Source: Solirubrobacterales bacterium
GTDB lineage: Bacteria > Actinomycetota > Thermoleophilia > Solirubrobacterales > 70-9
Direction: 5' to 3'
NCBI GenBank assembly: GCA_036376895.1
Contig: DASUZL010000015.1
Coordinates: 1,030 to 65,029 of the forward strand
Length of the DNA stretch: 64,000 nucleotides
Within the stretch, counting starts at the first letter, position 1, and every line of letters begins with the position of its first letter. Made by a program: the position numbers and the translations under genes. This document shows positions 36,267 through 44,778 of this stretch, in pieces. The notes beneath the pieces were generated by a model. That model was not told the origin of the DNA, searched no databases, and saw only the letters and a list, made by a program, of their open reading frames with translations.

Positions 36267-36678
36267 CGGCCCTCCCCCGCGCCAGGTCGCGCAGGGTCGC
36301 GCGCATGTCGAAGAGCATCAGCGAGGCGAGGGCAAAGCGGTCGGTGACGGCGACCGCCGCCAGGCCTTCGTGGCGCAGGGCAAAGACCTCGCCCTGCTCG
36401 GTGGCGACGTGGACCTGCTCGACCGGCTCGTCGCCGGCGGCGTCGGCAGCGGTGAAGAGCGCCGCCGCGTCCTCGCCCCAGCGCTCCGACTCCCCGGCCG
36501 CGGCCAGCACACTGCCGTCGCCGGCGAAGATCGCCGCCCCGCGCAGGTCGGGCGAGACCTCGGCGAGGAAGGCCAGGGCCGCCTCGGCAGAGTCGCCTGA
36601 AACGACCTCGGTTGCGGCGGCGTCGGGCACGTCGTTGAAAATACCGACCGTGTCCCTCGCCCGAGCATCCTGGATCAC
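36256..36678 (-). CDS. hypothetical protein, Roadblock/LC7 (MglB)-like
   Basis: 140 aa. The pattern ...LRGAAIFAGDGSVLAAAG...VHVATEQGEVFALRHEGLAAVAVTDRFALASLMLFDMRATLRDL resembles Roadblock/LC7 domains. This is a judgement by eye only. Confidence 0.45.
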   Translation of the reverse strand: MIQDARARDTVGIFNDVPDAAATEVVSGDSAEAALAFLAEVSPDLRGAAIFAGDGSVLAAAGESERWGEDAAALFTAADAAGDEPVEQVHVATEQGEVFALRHEGLAAVAVTDRFALASLMLFDMRATLRDLARGRADAA

Positions 36679-36799
36679 CGTTGTCGTCGTCTGCGCCGTC
36701 GCTGCGATCCTCTTCGCCTTCAGCGGCTACACCGGCTACGCGATCACCCTGGTCGCCGTCGGCCTCGCCGCCGGCGTCAACCTGCTGCCGCCTCCGTAG
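36650..36799 (+). CDS. possible 49-aa hydrophobic peptide (not a separate entry in the ORF track)
   Basis: The in-frame GTG at 36650 lies in the tail of ORF 36305..36799 and gives MSLARASWITVVVVCAVAAILFAFSGYTGYAITLVAVGLAAGVNLLPPP. Third positions are almost all G/C. It fills the otherwise unassigned gap 36679..36805. No SD is seen. Confidence 0.25.
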   Translation: MSLARASWITVVVVCAVAAILFAFSGYTGYAITLVAVGLAAGVNLLPPP

Positions 36800-36805
36800 G
36801 GGCTC

Positions 36806-37717
36806 CTAGCCGGAGCGGTAGGGCTCCCCGGCGACGTCCTCGGGGTCGTGGAAGGAGGTCTCCGGCTCGACGTGGATCAACACCTCGGCGTGAGGGATCT
36901 CGGACTCGATCGAGGCTCGCATCAGGTGCGCCAGCTCGTGCGCGCGCTCGAGGCTGGTGCCGGAGCGGTACTGGACGTGGAGGTCGACGTGGCGGCGGCT
37001 GCCGGCGCGACGGCCGCGCAGCTTGTGGTACCCGGCGACCTCCGGCGTGCGGGCGCGGGCGATCGCGGCCTCGATCCGGTCCATCTCGGCGTCGGGCAGA
37101 ACCTCGTCGACGAGCACCCCCGAGGAGCGGCGGATGATCCTGATCCCGGCCCAGACGATCGCCGCGGCGACTATCAGCGCGGTGATCGAATCGAAGGAGG
37201 TGTAGCCGGTGACCTCGACCAGGCCGAGGCCGACGAGGACGCCGGCGGAGGTCAGCGCGTCGGTGCGCAGGTGGGCGGCGTCGCCCTCCAGGGCCGGCGA
37301 TTCGTGCTCCCGCGCCTGGCGCATCAGCACCGCCGAGACGCCGAGGTTGGCGACCACCGAGAAGGCCATCACCGCGATGCCGACCCCGAGCGAGTCGACG
37401 ACCGAGCCGTCGACCAGCCGTTTGGTCGCCTCGAAGACGATGATCCCGGCGCCGACCAGGATCAGCATGCCCTCGATCGTCGCCGCCAGGCTCTCGACCT
37501 TCTCGTGGCCGTAGGGGTGGTCGGCGTCGGCCGGCTCGTCGGCTTTGCGGACCGAGACGAAGGCGACGACGGAGGCGACCAGGTCGATCAGCGAGTGGAC
37601 CGCCTCGGTGATGATCGCGATCGAGCCGGTGATCGCCCCGGCCGCGAGCTTGAGCGCGATCAGCAGCGCGTTGGAGGCGATCGAGAGCCCAGCAGCACCC
37701 TGTTTGGTGCGGATCAC
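36806..37717 (-). CDS. cation diffusion facilitator family transporter
   Basis: ORF trimmed to the GTG at 37717, which overlaps the rdgB stop (GTGA). Contains ...ITEAVHSLIDLVAS...ADHPYGHEKVE...AAHLRTDALTS..., six TM segments and a C-terminal cytoplasmic domain. Confidence 0.88.
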   Translation of the reverse strand: MIRTKQGAAGLSIASNALLIALKLAAGAITGSIAIITEAVHSLIDLVASVVAFVSVRKADEPADADHPYGHEKVESLAATIEGMLILVGAGIIVFEATKRLVDGSVVDSLGVGIAVMAFSVVANLGVSAVLMRQAREHESPALEGDAAHLRTDALTSAGVLVGLGLVEVTGYTSFDSITALIVAAAIVWAGIRIIRRSSGVLVDEVLPDAEMDRIEAAIARARTPEVAGYHKLRGRRAGSRRHVDLHVQYRSGTSLERAHELAHLMRASIESEIPHAEVLIHVEPETSFHDPEDVAGEPYRSG

Positions 37718-38304
37718 CGGGTGCCCTCGGGCAGGCCGAGATGCCGGGCCAGCATCCGCGTAGCGCGGCCGCGGTGGCTGATCTCGTTCTTCTCCGCGGC
37801 GCTGATCTCGGAGAAGGTGCGCTGGTCGTCGGGCCCGGTGTCGTCGGGGACGAAGGAGGGGTCGTAGCCGAAGCCGCCCTCCCCCTGCTTGCCCTCGATC
37901 AGGCGGCCCTCGCAGCGGGCTTCGAAGACGTGCTCGGCCCCATCGGTGTCGATCAGTGCGATCGCGCACACGTAAGCGGCGCGGCGCTTGCCTCCAGCGG
38001 CGGCGACCTCGCGCAGCAGCTTGTCGAGGTTCTCCTCGTCGGTGGAGCCCTCGCCGCCATAGCGGGCGGAGTAGATGCCCGGCGCCCCGCCGAGGTCCTC
38101 GGCCGCGAGCCCGGAGTCGTCGGCGATCACGACCGCGCCGGTCGCCGCGCGAGCGGCGCGGGCCTTGATCAGCGCGTTGGCCTCGAAGGTGTCGCCGTCC
38201 TCGGGCGGCATCTCGAACCCGGGAGGCAGCGGTTGCAGGTCCACCCCGGGCAGAAGTTCGTGCATCTCGGCGAGCTTGTGCCGATTGGCGGTCGCGAGGA
38301 TCAC
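37714..38304 (-). CDS. rdgB: non-canonical purine NTP pyrophosphatase (RdgB/HAM1)
   Basis: 196 aa. Contains ILATANRHKLAEM...FEANALIKA...ADDSGL...GAPGIYSARY...GFGYDP. The GTG start overlaps the rph stop. Confidence 0.9.
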   Translation of the reverse strand: MILATANRHKLAEMHELLPGVDLQPLPPGFEMPPEDGDTFEANALIKARAARAATGAVVIADDSGLAAEDLGGAPGIYSARYGGEGSTDEENLDKLLREVAAAGGKRRAAYVCAIALIDTDGAEHVFEARCEGRLIEGKQGEGGFGYDPSFVPDDTGPDDQRTFSEISAAEKNEISHRGRATRMLARHLGLPEGTR

Positions 38305-39020
38305 GCCGCCCGCTCCTGCACCTCCCGCAGGCGCGCGATGCCACCATCGGCCAGCACCAGCAGCTCGTCGAGGGAAGCGCGGGAGAGCGGGGTCCGCTCG
38401 GCCGTGGCCTGCACCTCGACCAGACCCCCCTCGCCGGTCATCACCACGTTGGCGTCGACCTCAGCGTTGGAGTCCTCTCCGTAGTCGAGATCGCAGAGCG
38501 CCCGCCCGTTGACCATGCCGACGCTGACCGCGGCCACCGAGCCGGTCAGCGGCATCGTCTCGATCGCCTTCTTGTCGAGCAGCCCCTGGAAGGCCTGGCG
38601 CAGGGCGACGTAGCCGCCGGTGATCGCCGCGCAGCGGGTACCGCCGTCGGCTTCGAGCACGTCGCAGTCGACGTAGACGCTGCGTTCGCCGAGCGCCTTG
38701 AAGTCGACGACTACGCGCAGTGAGCGGCCGATCAGGCGCTGGATCTCGACCCCGCGCCCGTCCTGCTTGCCCTTGGAGATGTCGCGCTGCTTGCGCTCCC
38801 CGGTCGAGGCGGGCAGCATCGCGTACTCGGCGGTGACCCAGCCTTTGCCCTTGCCCATCATCCAGCGCGGCACCGTCTCTGAGACCGAGGCGGTGCAGAT
38901 CACCCTGGTTTTGCCGATCGAGATCAGCGCCGAGCCGGAGGCGCTTTCGACGAAGCCGGGGTCGATCGTCACCGGGCGGATGTCGGCGGGGGCGCGGTCG
39001 TAGCTGCGTGAAGCTGGCAT
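38301..39020 (-). CDS. rph: ribonuclease PH
   Basis: 239 aa. Contains ...GSALISIGKTRVICTASV...GWVTAEYAMLPASTGERKQRD...GRGVEIQRLIGRSLR. Confidence 0.95.
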   Translation of the reverse strand: MPASRSYDRAPADIRPVTIDPGFVESASGSALISIGKTRVICTASVSETVPRWMMGKGKGWVTAEYAMLPASTGERKQRDISKGKQDGRGVEIQRLIGRSLRVVVDFKALGERSVYVDCDVLEADGGTRCAAITGGYVALRQAFQGLLDKKAIETMPLTGSVAAVSVGMVNGRALCDLDYGEDSNAEVDANVVMTGEGGLVEVQATAERTPLSRASLDELLVLADGGIARLREVQERAA

Positions 39021-39032
39021 CGGGCGAGTCTT

Positions 39033-39446
39033 TCACGCCCGCGGCACGACGCGCAGGCCACGCTGGCCGAAATGAGCGTCGAATGCAAAGGCCTCATCGG
39101 TCTCCTCGCGCTCGAGCAGCGCGAAGGAGGTGGCGTCGACATAGCTCCAGCGCTTGTCGCCGTGGCGCTCGAGGATCTCCCAAGCCTCGCCCTCGACGTC
39201 CTGCTCGACTCGGACCAGCTCGATCGCGCCGCTGGCACGGAACCGCCGCCCCCACTCGATCGCCTCCGCCCGCCCGACCCGGACCAGCAGCGCCGTGTAG
39301 GTCTCGGCGAAGACGTAGTTGGAGGTGAAGAGGGAGACGCCCTCGGAGAGAAGTCCCGCGAGCGCCTCCCTGGCGCGGGCGTGCTCGGCCTCGGCCCCGT
39401 TGCGCAGCGCCACGAAGGCGCTGGTGTCGACGAAGACCGACCTCAT
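39033..39446 (-). CDS. vapC: PIN-domain toxin (VapC family)
   Basis: 137 aa. Starts MRSVFVDTSAFVAL, with acidic residues at ...FAET... and ...YVDATSF... typical of PIN. The start overlaps the antitoxin stop (ATGA). Confidence 0.85.
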   Translation of the reverse strand: MRSVFVDTSAFVALRNGAEAEHARAREALAGLLSEGVSLFTSNYVFAETYTALLVRVGRAEAIEWGRRFRASGAIELVRVEQDVEGEAWEILERHGDKRWSYVDATSFALLEREETDEAFAFDAHFGQRGLRVVPRA

Positions 39447-39754
39447 CGGCCGTAGAGGTCGCGGTCGAGCGTGGTGACGCTGGTCCCCTCAGGACCGCGC
39501 CCCGGCGCCGACTCGACCAGGTAGCTGAGCAGCGGATCGGCCGCTGGATCCCGGCGCTGCAGGCGCTCGGCGTCGATCAGATCGCGCACGACGGCGGCGA
39601 TGCTGCCCGACTTCCCGGCCCGCTGGCGCAACCAGCGGTGCTGGGCCTCATCGAGATATAACTGGGTCCGGTGCTTCATGCTGTCATACAGCATACGTCG
39701 CAGTGCGGACGGCATCGGCGCTGGAGCAGTTGCGGTTGCGTTGATCGTGGTCAT
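39443..39754 (-). CDS. ribbon-helix-helix antitoxin (VapB/CopG-like)
   Basis: Contains MKHRTQLYLDEAQHRWLRQRAGKSGSIAAVVRDLIDAE, an RHH pattern. The real start may be one of the internal Met codons. Confidence 0.6.
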   Translation of the reverse strand: MTTINATATAPAPMPSALRRMLYDSMKHRTQLYLDEAQHRWLRQRAGKSGSIAAVVRDLIDAERLQRRDPAADPLLSYLVESAPGRGPEGTSVTTLDRDLYGR

Positions 39755-39814
39755 ATGTCCCTCTCCCGGTGTCAGATCTGAAGCTCGACGGGCGACCCGC
39801 AGGCCGCCCGTCCC

Positions 39815-40063
39815 CTACTTGAAGGCGACCTTGTCCACCGCCTCCTTGATCTTGTTGACGATCACGTCGGCCAGCTCGGTCCCCTGCTTGCCGTTGAACC
39901 CCTTCATCGCGGCGACCATCCCGACCATCAGCAGCGAAACCAGCAGGATCAGGCCGACGTACTCGACCGTGCCCTGCCCGGCCTCGCCCTCGGCCAAGCG
40001 GCGGATCCGCCGCAGGCGCGTGGCGACAGCGGCGTGCAGGTACCCCATCAGCGTGTAGATCAT
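39815..40063 (-). CDS. Flp/Fap-type pilin-like small protein
   Basis: ORF trimmed to the ATG at 40063, with GGAGGG 6 nt upstream. It has a basic leader and then GQG-TVEYVGLILLVSLLMVGMVAA, which fits the G/xxxxEY prepilin motif followed by a hydrophobic helix. Confidence 0.5.
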   Translation of the reverse strand: MIYTLMGYLHAAVATRLRRIRRLAEGEAGQGTVEYVGLILLVSLLMVGMVAAMKGFNGKQGTELADVIVNKIKEAVDKVAFK

Positions 40064-40187
40064 CGATTCCCTCCCCTTCGCGGATTGCCAGGGAAGCGTC
40101 GAAGCCGGAGGCGCACGGAACAAGACTCTCGAGTGCCGATTGGCGCGCGAGAGAGTGAATTCTCTGTGACTTCTGGGGGGCTGGGCG

Positions 40188-40859
40188 CTACTGAGCCGGC
40201 CCGAGCACCCTGGTCAGCAGCTCCAAAGCGCGGCGGCGGTGGGCGTCGAGCTCGGCGACCAGGGTCTCGGCGTCGCGGGCGCGAACGGCGTCGACGATCC
40301 GGTCGTGGGCGTCGATCGCCTCGCTGCGTCCCTCCGGCGCGTTGTAATACATCGCCCGGTACGTTTCGGTCGAGTCCCAGAGCAGCCGGATCAGGCGCAG
40401 GGCGTGGACCTGGTCGGGGGACTCCAGCAGGGCGAAGTGGAAGCGGCGGTTGGCGTCGAGCTCGGCGGTGACGTCGCCTTCGGCGGCGGCGTCGACGCAT
40501 TCGCGCGCCGCCATTTCCAGCCGCTCCAGCGCGTCCTCGTCGAGCAGTGGCAGCGCCCGCCTCGCCGCCTGGGACTCCAGCAGCTCGCGCAGCTCGTAGA
40601 TCTCCCGCAGGTCGCCGAGGTCGAGCTCGGCGACGAAGTAACCGCGGCGGGCCAGGTAGCGGACCTGTCCCTCCTGCTCCAGCACCGCCAGCGCTTCGCG
40701 CACCGGCGCCACACTGACCCCCAGCCCCTCGGCGATCTCCTCCTGCCGAACCCGGTCGCCGGGCCGCAGCTCACCGGCGATCATCGCCCGCCGCAGCGCC
40801 TCGACCGCGTGCTGGGCAGCCGTTCCGGGCGGCGCCGCGGGCGGCGGCTGGCCGATCAC
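40188..40859 (-). CDS. GntR family transcriptional regulator (FadR/FCD subfamily)
   Basis: 223 aa with an N-terminal wHTH (GDRVRQEEIAEGLGVSVAPVREALAVLEQEGQV) and a C-terminal FCD-type helical domain. It overlaps the upstream dehydrogenase by 4 nt. Confidence 0.88.
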   Translation of the reverse strand: MIGQPPPAAPPGTAAQHAVEALRRAMIAGELRPGDRVRQEEIAEGLGVSVAPVREALAVLEQEGQVRYLARRGYFVAELDLGDLREIYELRELLESQAARRALPLLDEDALERLEMAARECVDAAAEGDVTAELDANRRFHFALLESPDQVHALRLIRLLWDSTETYRAMYYNAPEGRSEAIDAHDRIVDAVRARDAETLVAELDAHRRRALELLTRVLGPAQ

Positions 40860-42040
40860 CGGAACGCCTGGTGCCCCGTCAGCGCGCCCCCGACGACCAG
40901 GGCGTGGACGTCGGCGGTGCCCTCGTAGGTGACCACCGACTCGAGGTTGTTCATGTGCCGGATCACCGGATACTCGAGCGAGATCCCGTTGGCGCCGAGC
41001 ACCTGGCGGGCGCTGCGGGCGACCTCGAGGGCGCCGTCGACGTTGGCGAGCTTGCCCATGCTGACCTGCTCGGGCCGCAGCGCCCCGGCGTCCTTGAGCC
41101 GGCCCAGGTGCAGGGCCAGCAGCGTCGCCCGGTTCACCTCGGTCGCCATCTTCGCCAGTTTCAGTTGCTGGATCTGGGTGGCGGCGATCGGCTTGCCGAA
41201 GGCGATCCGCTCGCCCGCGTAGGCGAGCGCCGCTTCGAAGCAGGCGCGACCGGCGCCGGCCGCACCGAAGACGATCCCGAAGCGGGCCTCGTTGAGGCAG
41301 GAGAGCGGGCCCCGAAGCGAGTCGGTCTCGGGCAGCATCGCCGCGGCCGGCAGGCGCACGTCGTCAAGGACGAGCTCCGAGGTGACCGAAGCCCGCAACG
41401 AGAGCTTCTTGTGGATCGGCGGGGCGCTGAAGCCGGGGGTGTCGGTGGGGACGACGAAGCCGCGCACTCCCTCGTCGGTCTGCGCCCAGACCACCGCGAC
41501 CGCGGCGATCGAGCCGTTGGTGATCCACATCTTCTGGCCGTTGAGGATCCAGTCCTCGCCGTCGCGGCGGGCGCGGGTCCGCATCGCGCCGGGGTCCGAG
41601 CCGGCGTCGGGCTCGGTCAGCCCGAAGCACCCGATCGCCTCGCCGGCGGCCATTCGCGGCAGCCACTCCTGCTTCTGCTCCTCCGAGCCCCAGCGCCAGA
41701 TCGCGTACATCGCCAGCGAGCCCTGCACGGAGACGAGGCTGCGGACGCCCGAGTCGCCGGCCTCCAGCTCCATGCAGACGAGCCCGTAGGCGGTAGCACT
41801 GGCGCCGGCGCAGCCGTATCCCTCGAGGTGCATGCCGAGCAGCCCGAGCTTGCCCAGCTCGGGGGCGAGCTCGGCCGGGATCCGTGCCTCCTCGAACCAG
41901 TCGCCGACATCGGGCAGGACGCGGTCGCGGACGAAGGCGCGGACGGTGTCGCGGATGTCGCGCTCCTCGTCGGACAGCAGGCTGTCGATGTCGAGGAAGT
42001 CGGAGGGGGCGATGGACTTGCTGGCAGCGGTGGTGGTCAC
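40856..42040 (-). CDS. gcdH: acyl-CoA dehydrogenase, glutaryl-CoA dehydrogenase-like
   Basis: ORF trimmed to the GTG at 42040, with GGGAG 5 nt upstream. Contains ...LLSDEERDIRDTVRAFV...CFGLTEPDAGSDP...WITNG...YEGTADVHALVVGGALTGHQAF. Confidence 0.8.
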   Translation of the reverse strand: MTTTAASKSIAPSDFLDIDSLLSDEERDIRDTVRAFVRDRVLPDVGDWFEEARIPAELAPELGKLGLLGMHLEGYGCAGASATAYGLVCMELEAGDSGVRSLVSVQGSLAMYAIWRWGSEEQKQEWLPRMAAGEAIGCFGLTEPDAGSDPGAMRTRARRDGEDWILNGQKMWITNGSIAAVAVVWAQTDEGVRGFVVPTDTPGFSAPPIHKKLSLRASVTSELVLDDVRLPAAAMLPETDSLRGPLSCLNEARFGIVFGAAGAGRACFEAALAYAGERIAFGKPIAATQIQQLKLAKMATEVNRATLLALHLGRLKDAGALRPEQVSMGKLANVDGALEVARSARQVLGANGISLEYPVIRHMNNLESVVTYEGTADVHALVVGGALTGHQAFR

Positions 42041-42073
42041 AGGTTCTCCCGATTTTCGAATATCTAAGATCGA

Positions 42074-43219
42074 TTGAATCAGATGACGACCCAGGCTCAA
42101 CCCGAGGCGCTCGGCGACCTCCGCATCCTCGACTTCTCCCAGGTCCTCGCCGGCCCTTTCGCGACGATGATGCTGGCCGACCTCGGAGCGACCGTGACCA
42201 AGGTCGAGCGCCCCGGCCGCGGCGACGACACCCGCGCCTGGGGCCCACCCCACGACGACCGCGGCGAGGCGACCTACTTCCTGTCGGTCAACCGCAACAA
42301 GCGCAGCCTCGTGCTCGATCTCAAGGACCCCGAGGGAGTCGCAGAGGCGCGGCGGCTGGCGCTCGCGGCCGACGTCGTGGTCGAGAACTTCCGCCCCGAC
42401 CTGATGGCCGGGCTCGGCCTCGACTACGAGAGCCTGGCGGCCGAGAACCCCGGGCTCGTCTACTGCTCGATCACCGGCTTCGGCGGCGATGGCCCGGGCG
42501 CCGAGCTGCCGGGATACGACCTCCTGGTCCAGGCGTTGGGCGGCCTGATGAGCATCACCGGCGAACCCGACGGCGAGCCGCTGAAGGTCGGCGTCGCCCT
42601 GGTCGACGTGCTCGCCGGGCTGTTCGCGACGGTCGGGATCCTCGCCGCGCTCGAGCACCGCCGCGACAGCGGCGAGGGCCAGCGGGTCGAGGTCGACCTG
42701 CTCTCATCCCTGCTCGCCGCCCTCGTCAACCAGGGCTCCGGCTACACCGTCGCCGGCGTCGTCCCGGGCCCGATGGGCAACCGCCACCCCAGCATCGCGC
42801 CGTATGAGTTGCTCAGCACTGGCGACGGCGCGCTGGTCCTCGCGGTCGGCAACGACCGCCAGTTCGGCCAGCTCTGCGAGGCGATCGGACTGCCAGAGCT
42901 GGCTACCAACGAGCGCTTCGCGACCAACTCCGCTCGGGTCGCCAATCGGGAGGAGCTGAAGCGACTGCTGGAGGAGGCGCTGGCGGCGCGTCCGGCGAGC
43001 GAGTGGGTCGAGCTGCTGCAGGCACGCCGGGTCCCGGCCGGGGTCGTCAACAACCTCGCCGCCGCCTTCGAGTTCGCGACCCGGATCGGCCTCGAGCCGA
43101 CGGTCGAGATCCCGCGCCCCGACGGCGGCGCGGTCAGCCTCACCCGCAACCCGATCCGTCTCTCCCGCACCCCGGCCAGCTACCGGCTGCCGCCGCCGCT
43201 CCTTCCCGACGGGGATTAG
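42074..43219 (+). CDS. class III CoA-transferase (CaiB/BaiF family)
   Basis: 381 aa. Contains LGDLRILDFSQVLAGPFATMMLADLGATVTKVERPGRGDDTR. The start may instead be the ATG at 42083. Divergent from gcdH. Confidence 0.88.
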   Translation: MNQMTTQAQPEALGDLRILDFSQVLAGPFATMMLADLGATVTKVERPGRGDDTRAWGPPHDDRGEATYFLSVNRNKRSLVLDLKDPEGVAEARRLALAADVVVENFRPDLMAGLGLDYESLAAENPGLVYCSITGFGGDGPGAELPGYDLLVQALGGLMSITGEPDGEPLKVGVALVDVLAGLFATVGILAALEHRRDSGEGQRVEVDLLSSLLAALVNQGSGYTVAGVVPGPMGNRHPSIAPYELLSTGDGALVLAVGNDRQFGQLCEAIGLPELATNERFATNSARVANREELKRLLEEALAARPASEWVELLQARRVPAGVVNNLAAAFEFATRIGLEPTVEIPRPDGGAVSLTRNPIRLSRTPASYRLPPPLLPDGD

Positions 43220-43246
43220 GAAAAACGAAAGGCGCCACCAGTCCGC

Positions 43247-44665
43247 TCAGGTGGTCGCGAAAACCACGAGGTCCCCGAGGGTGAACTGACCTGGGTTGGG
43301 ACCGAGATTCGGGCGCCACGAAGGCTCAGCGTTGACAAATGAGCGTGAGTCGCTCTTCAGGAGTCCGAGCAGAACCTCCGCAACGATCCGAGCCCCTACC
43401 GGGCCGAGGCGTTCTCCACCCAGTAGCTCTGCCTCTTTGAGAATGTAAAACCAGAGGGGCGTCGGCTCAGGCGCTCCAAGCGTGCCGCCATCGAGCACCG
43501 TTTCAACACCGAGCAGCCGGGCGACATCCTGGCCGGACGGGAGCCCAAGAGCCTCACCTCGCTTGAGGTTGCGGAAGGCCAGTGAGGATTCCGCGTCATC
43601 AAACCCCGGGAGATCGAATAGGCCCGCCGAAAGTTTCGAGTCGATTTTCCGGGACGGCTGCAATTGCCCAGCTTCGCCTCCCGTTTCCAGGAACAGCGAC
43701 CAGTCGTTGATCGTCCACCCGTTCAGGATGGGTCGAAAGCCACGAAGGTCCGCCTCTGGATCAGGCTCACCGGGGACAAAAATCGGCTTGTCCCGAACGT
43801 TGCCATTGAGGTGGTAGGCCGGTCGTATCTGGCTATGGCCATACCGGTAGGCCGCAACCGAGAACTCAACCGGCATGTATGCCGTTTGCTTCGGCCTGAA
43901 CCAGCTGAGGTTGATCTTGACTTCCTGTTCAGTGATGGTGAGAACGCCGTCCAGTACCTCCGGGCCGACGATGCGGGGGAGGAAATCCCTCAGGATTACC
44001 CACTGGTAGTGCCATCGAACTAGCTTCTGCGCCTCTTCGAACCGGCGCTCCGCAGGGATCGTGCCGTCGGCCGACACACGATCGACGACTTTGTTGTGGA
44101 AGCGCAGGAAAACCAACTGCAACTGGCTGACGATCGTGTTCTCGTCGTTCCTGGGATCACCGATCAAAGCCGTCCCCTGGCTATTTCGCGGAAGATCCTG
44201 CTCGCCGTTGATGTTGGGCTCAATCAGGAACTTGAGACCGCCGCTGGCTTTGTCGTACTGAAACGGCTCGTCCGCCGGCCCCGAGCCGTAAACCGAGTCA
44301 AGGTCGAAGCGAGGCGAGCGAAAATCGGTCAGCGCGTCGGGATCATTCTGCCTCTGCAGGCTCGAGACCGGATCGAACGTAATGTCGTGGTCGACAAACT
44401 GGCCGAAGTAGGTGAACCCGGACGGAATCGCCGGGTTGTCCAGTTCCGGAGGAGGCGCCCCGGTGCTGCCCCATCCTTGTGGCTGTCCTTCCGTCGGAAG
44501 CGGCTCCCGCATTTGTTCCGCCAGCACACGAAGCGCGTCATCGCCCAGGTGAGGAGCCGACGGGAGGCGACGGAACATGCGGCCGAACCGTCCCTCATAC
44601 GACTTCGAGCGAGGAATGCACTTCAGGCCTCGGATTTCGTGGTGGCCGTGGTCTTCTGGAAACAT
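43247..44665 (-). CDS. haem peroxidase of the peroxidase-cyclooxygenase (animal haem peroxidase) superfamily
   Basis: 472 aa with the distal-His block FGQFVDHDITFD, GDPRNDEN, and the proximal-His block AAYRYGHSQI. No signal peptide. Visibly more A/T-rich than its neighbours. Confidence 0.85.
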   Translation of the reverse strand: MFPEDHGHHEIRGLKCIPRSKSYEGRFGRMFRRLPSAPHLGDDALRVLAEQMREPLPTEGQPQGWGSTGAPPPELDNPAIPSGFTYFGQFVDHDITFDPVSSLQRQNDPDALTDFRSPRFDLDSVYGSGPADEPFQYDKASGGLKFLIEPNINGEQDLPRNSQGTALIGDPRNDENTIVSQLQLVFLRFHNKVVDRVSADGTIPAERRFEEAQKLVRWHYQWVILRDFLPRIVGPEVLDGVLTITEQEVKINLSWFRPKQTAYMPVEFSVAAYRYGHSQIRPAYHLNGNVRDKPIFVPGEPDPEADLRGFRPILNGWTINDWSLFLETGGEAGQLQPSRKIDSKLSAGLFDLPGFDDAESSLAFRNLKRGEALGLPSGQDVARLLGVETVLDGGTLGAPEPTPLWFYILKEAELLGGERLGPVGARIVAEVLLGLLKSDSRSFVNAEPSWRPNLGPNPGQFTLGDLVVFATT

Positions 44666-44778
44666 CAGCGCCTCCCGCGATGCCTAGAAATTCCCCGCCT
44701 GCAGGCATTTTGCATAGATTCAATGAACCTCGCTGTTGGGCGAATAGCCGTTTCCACCCGACAGATACCCTGACCCGG

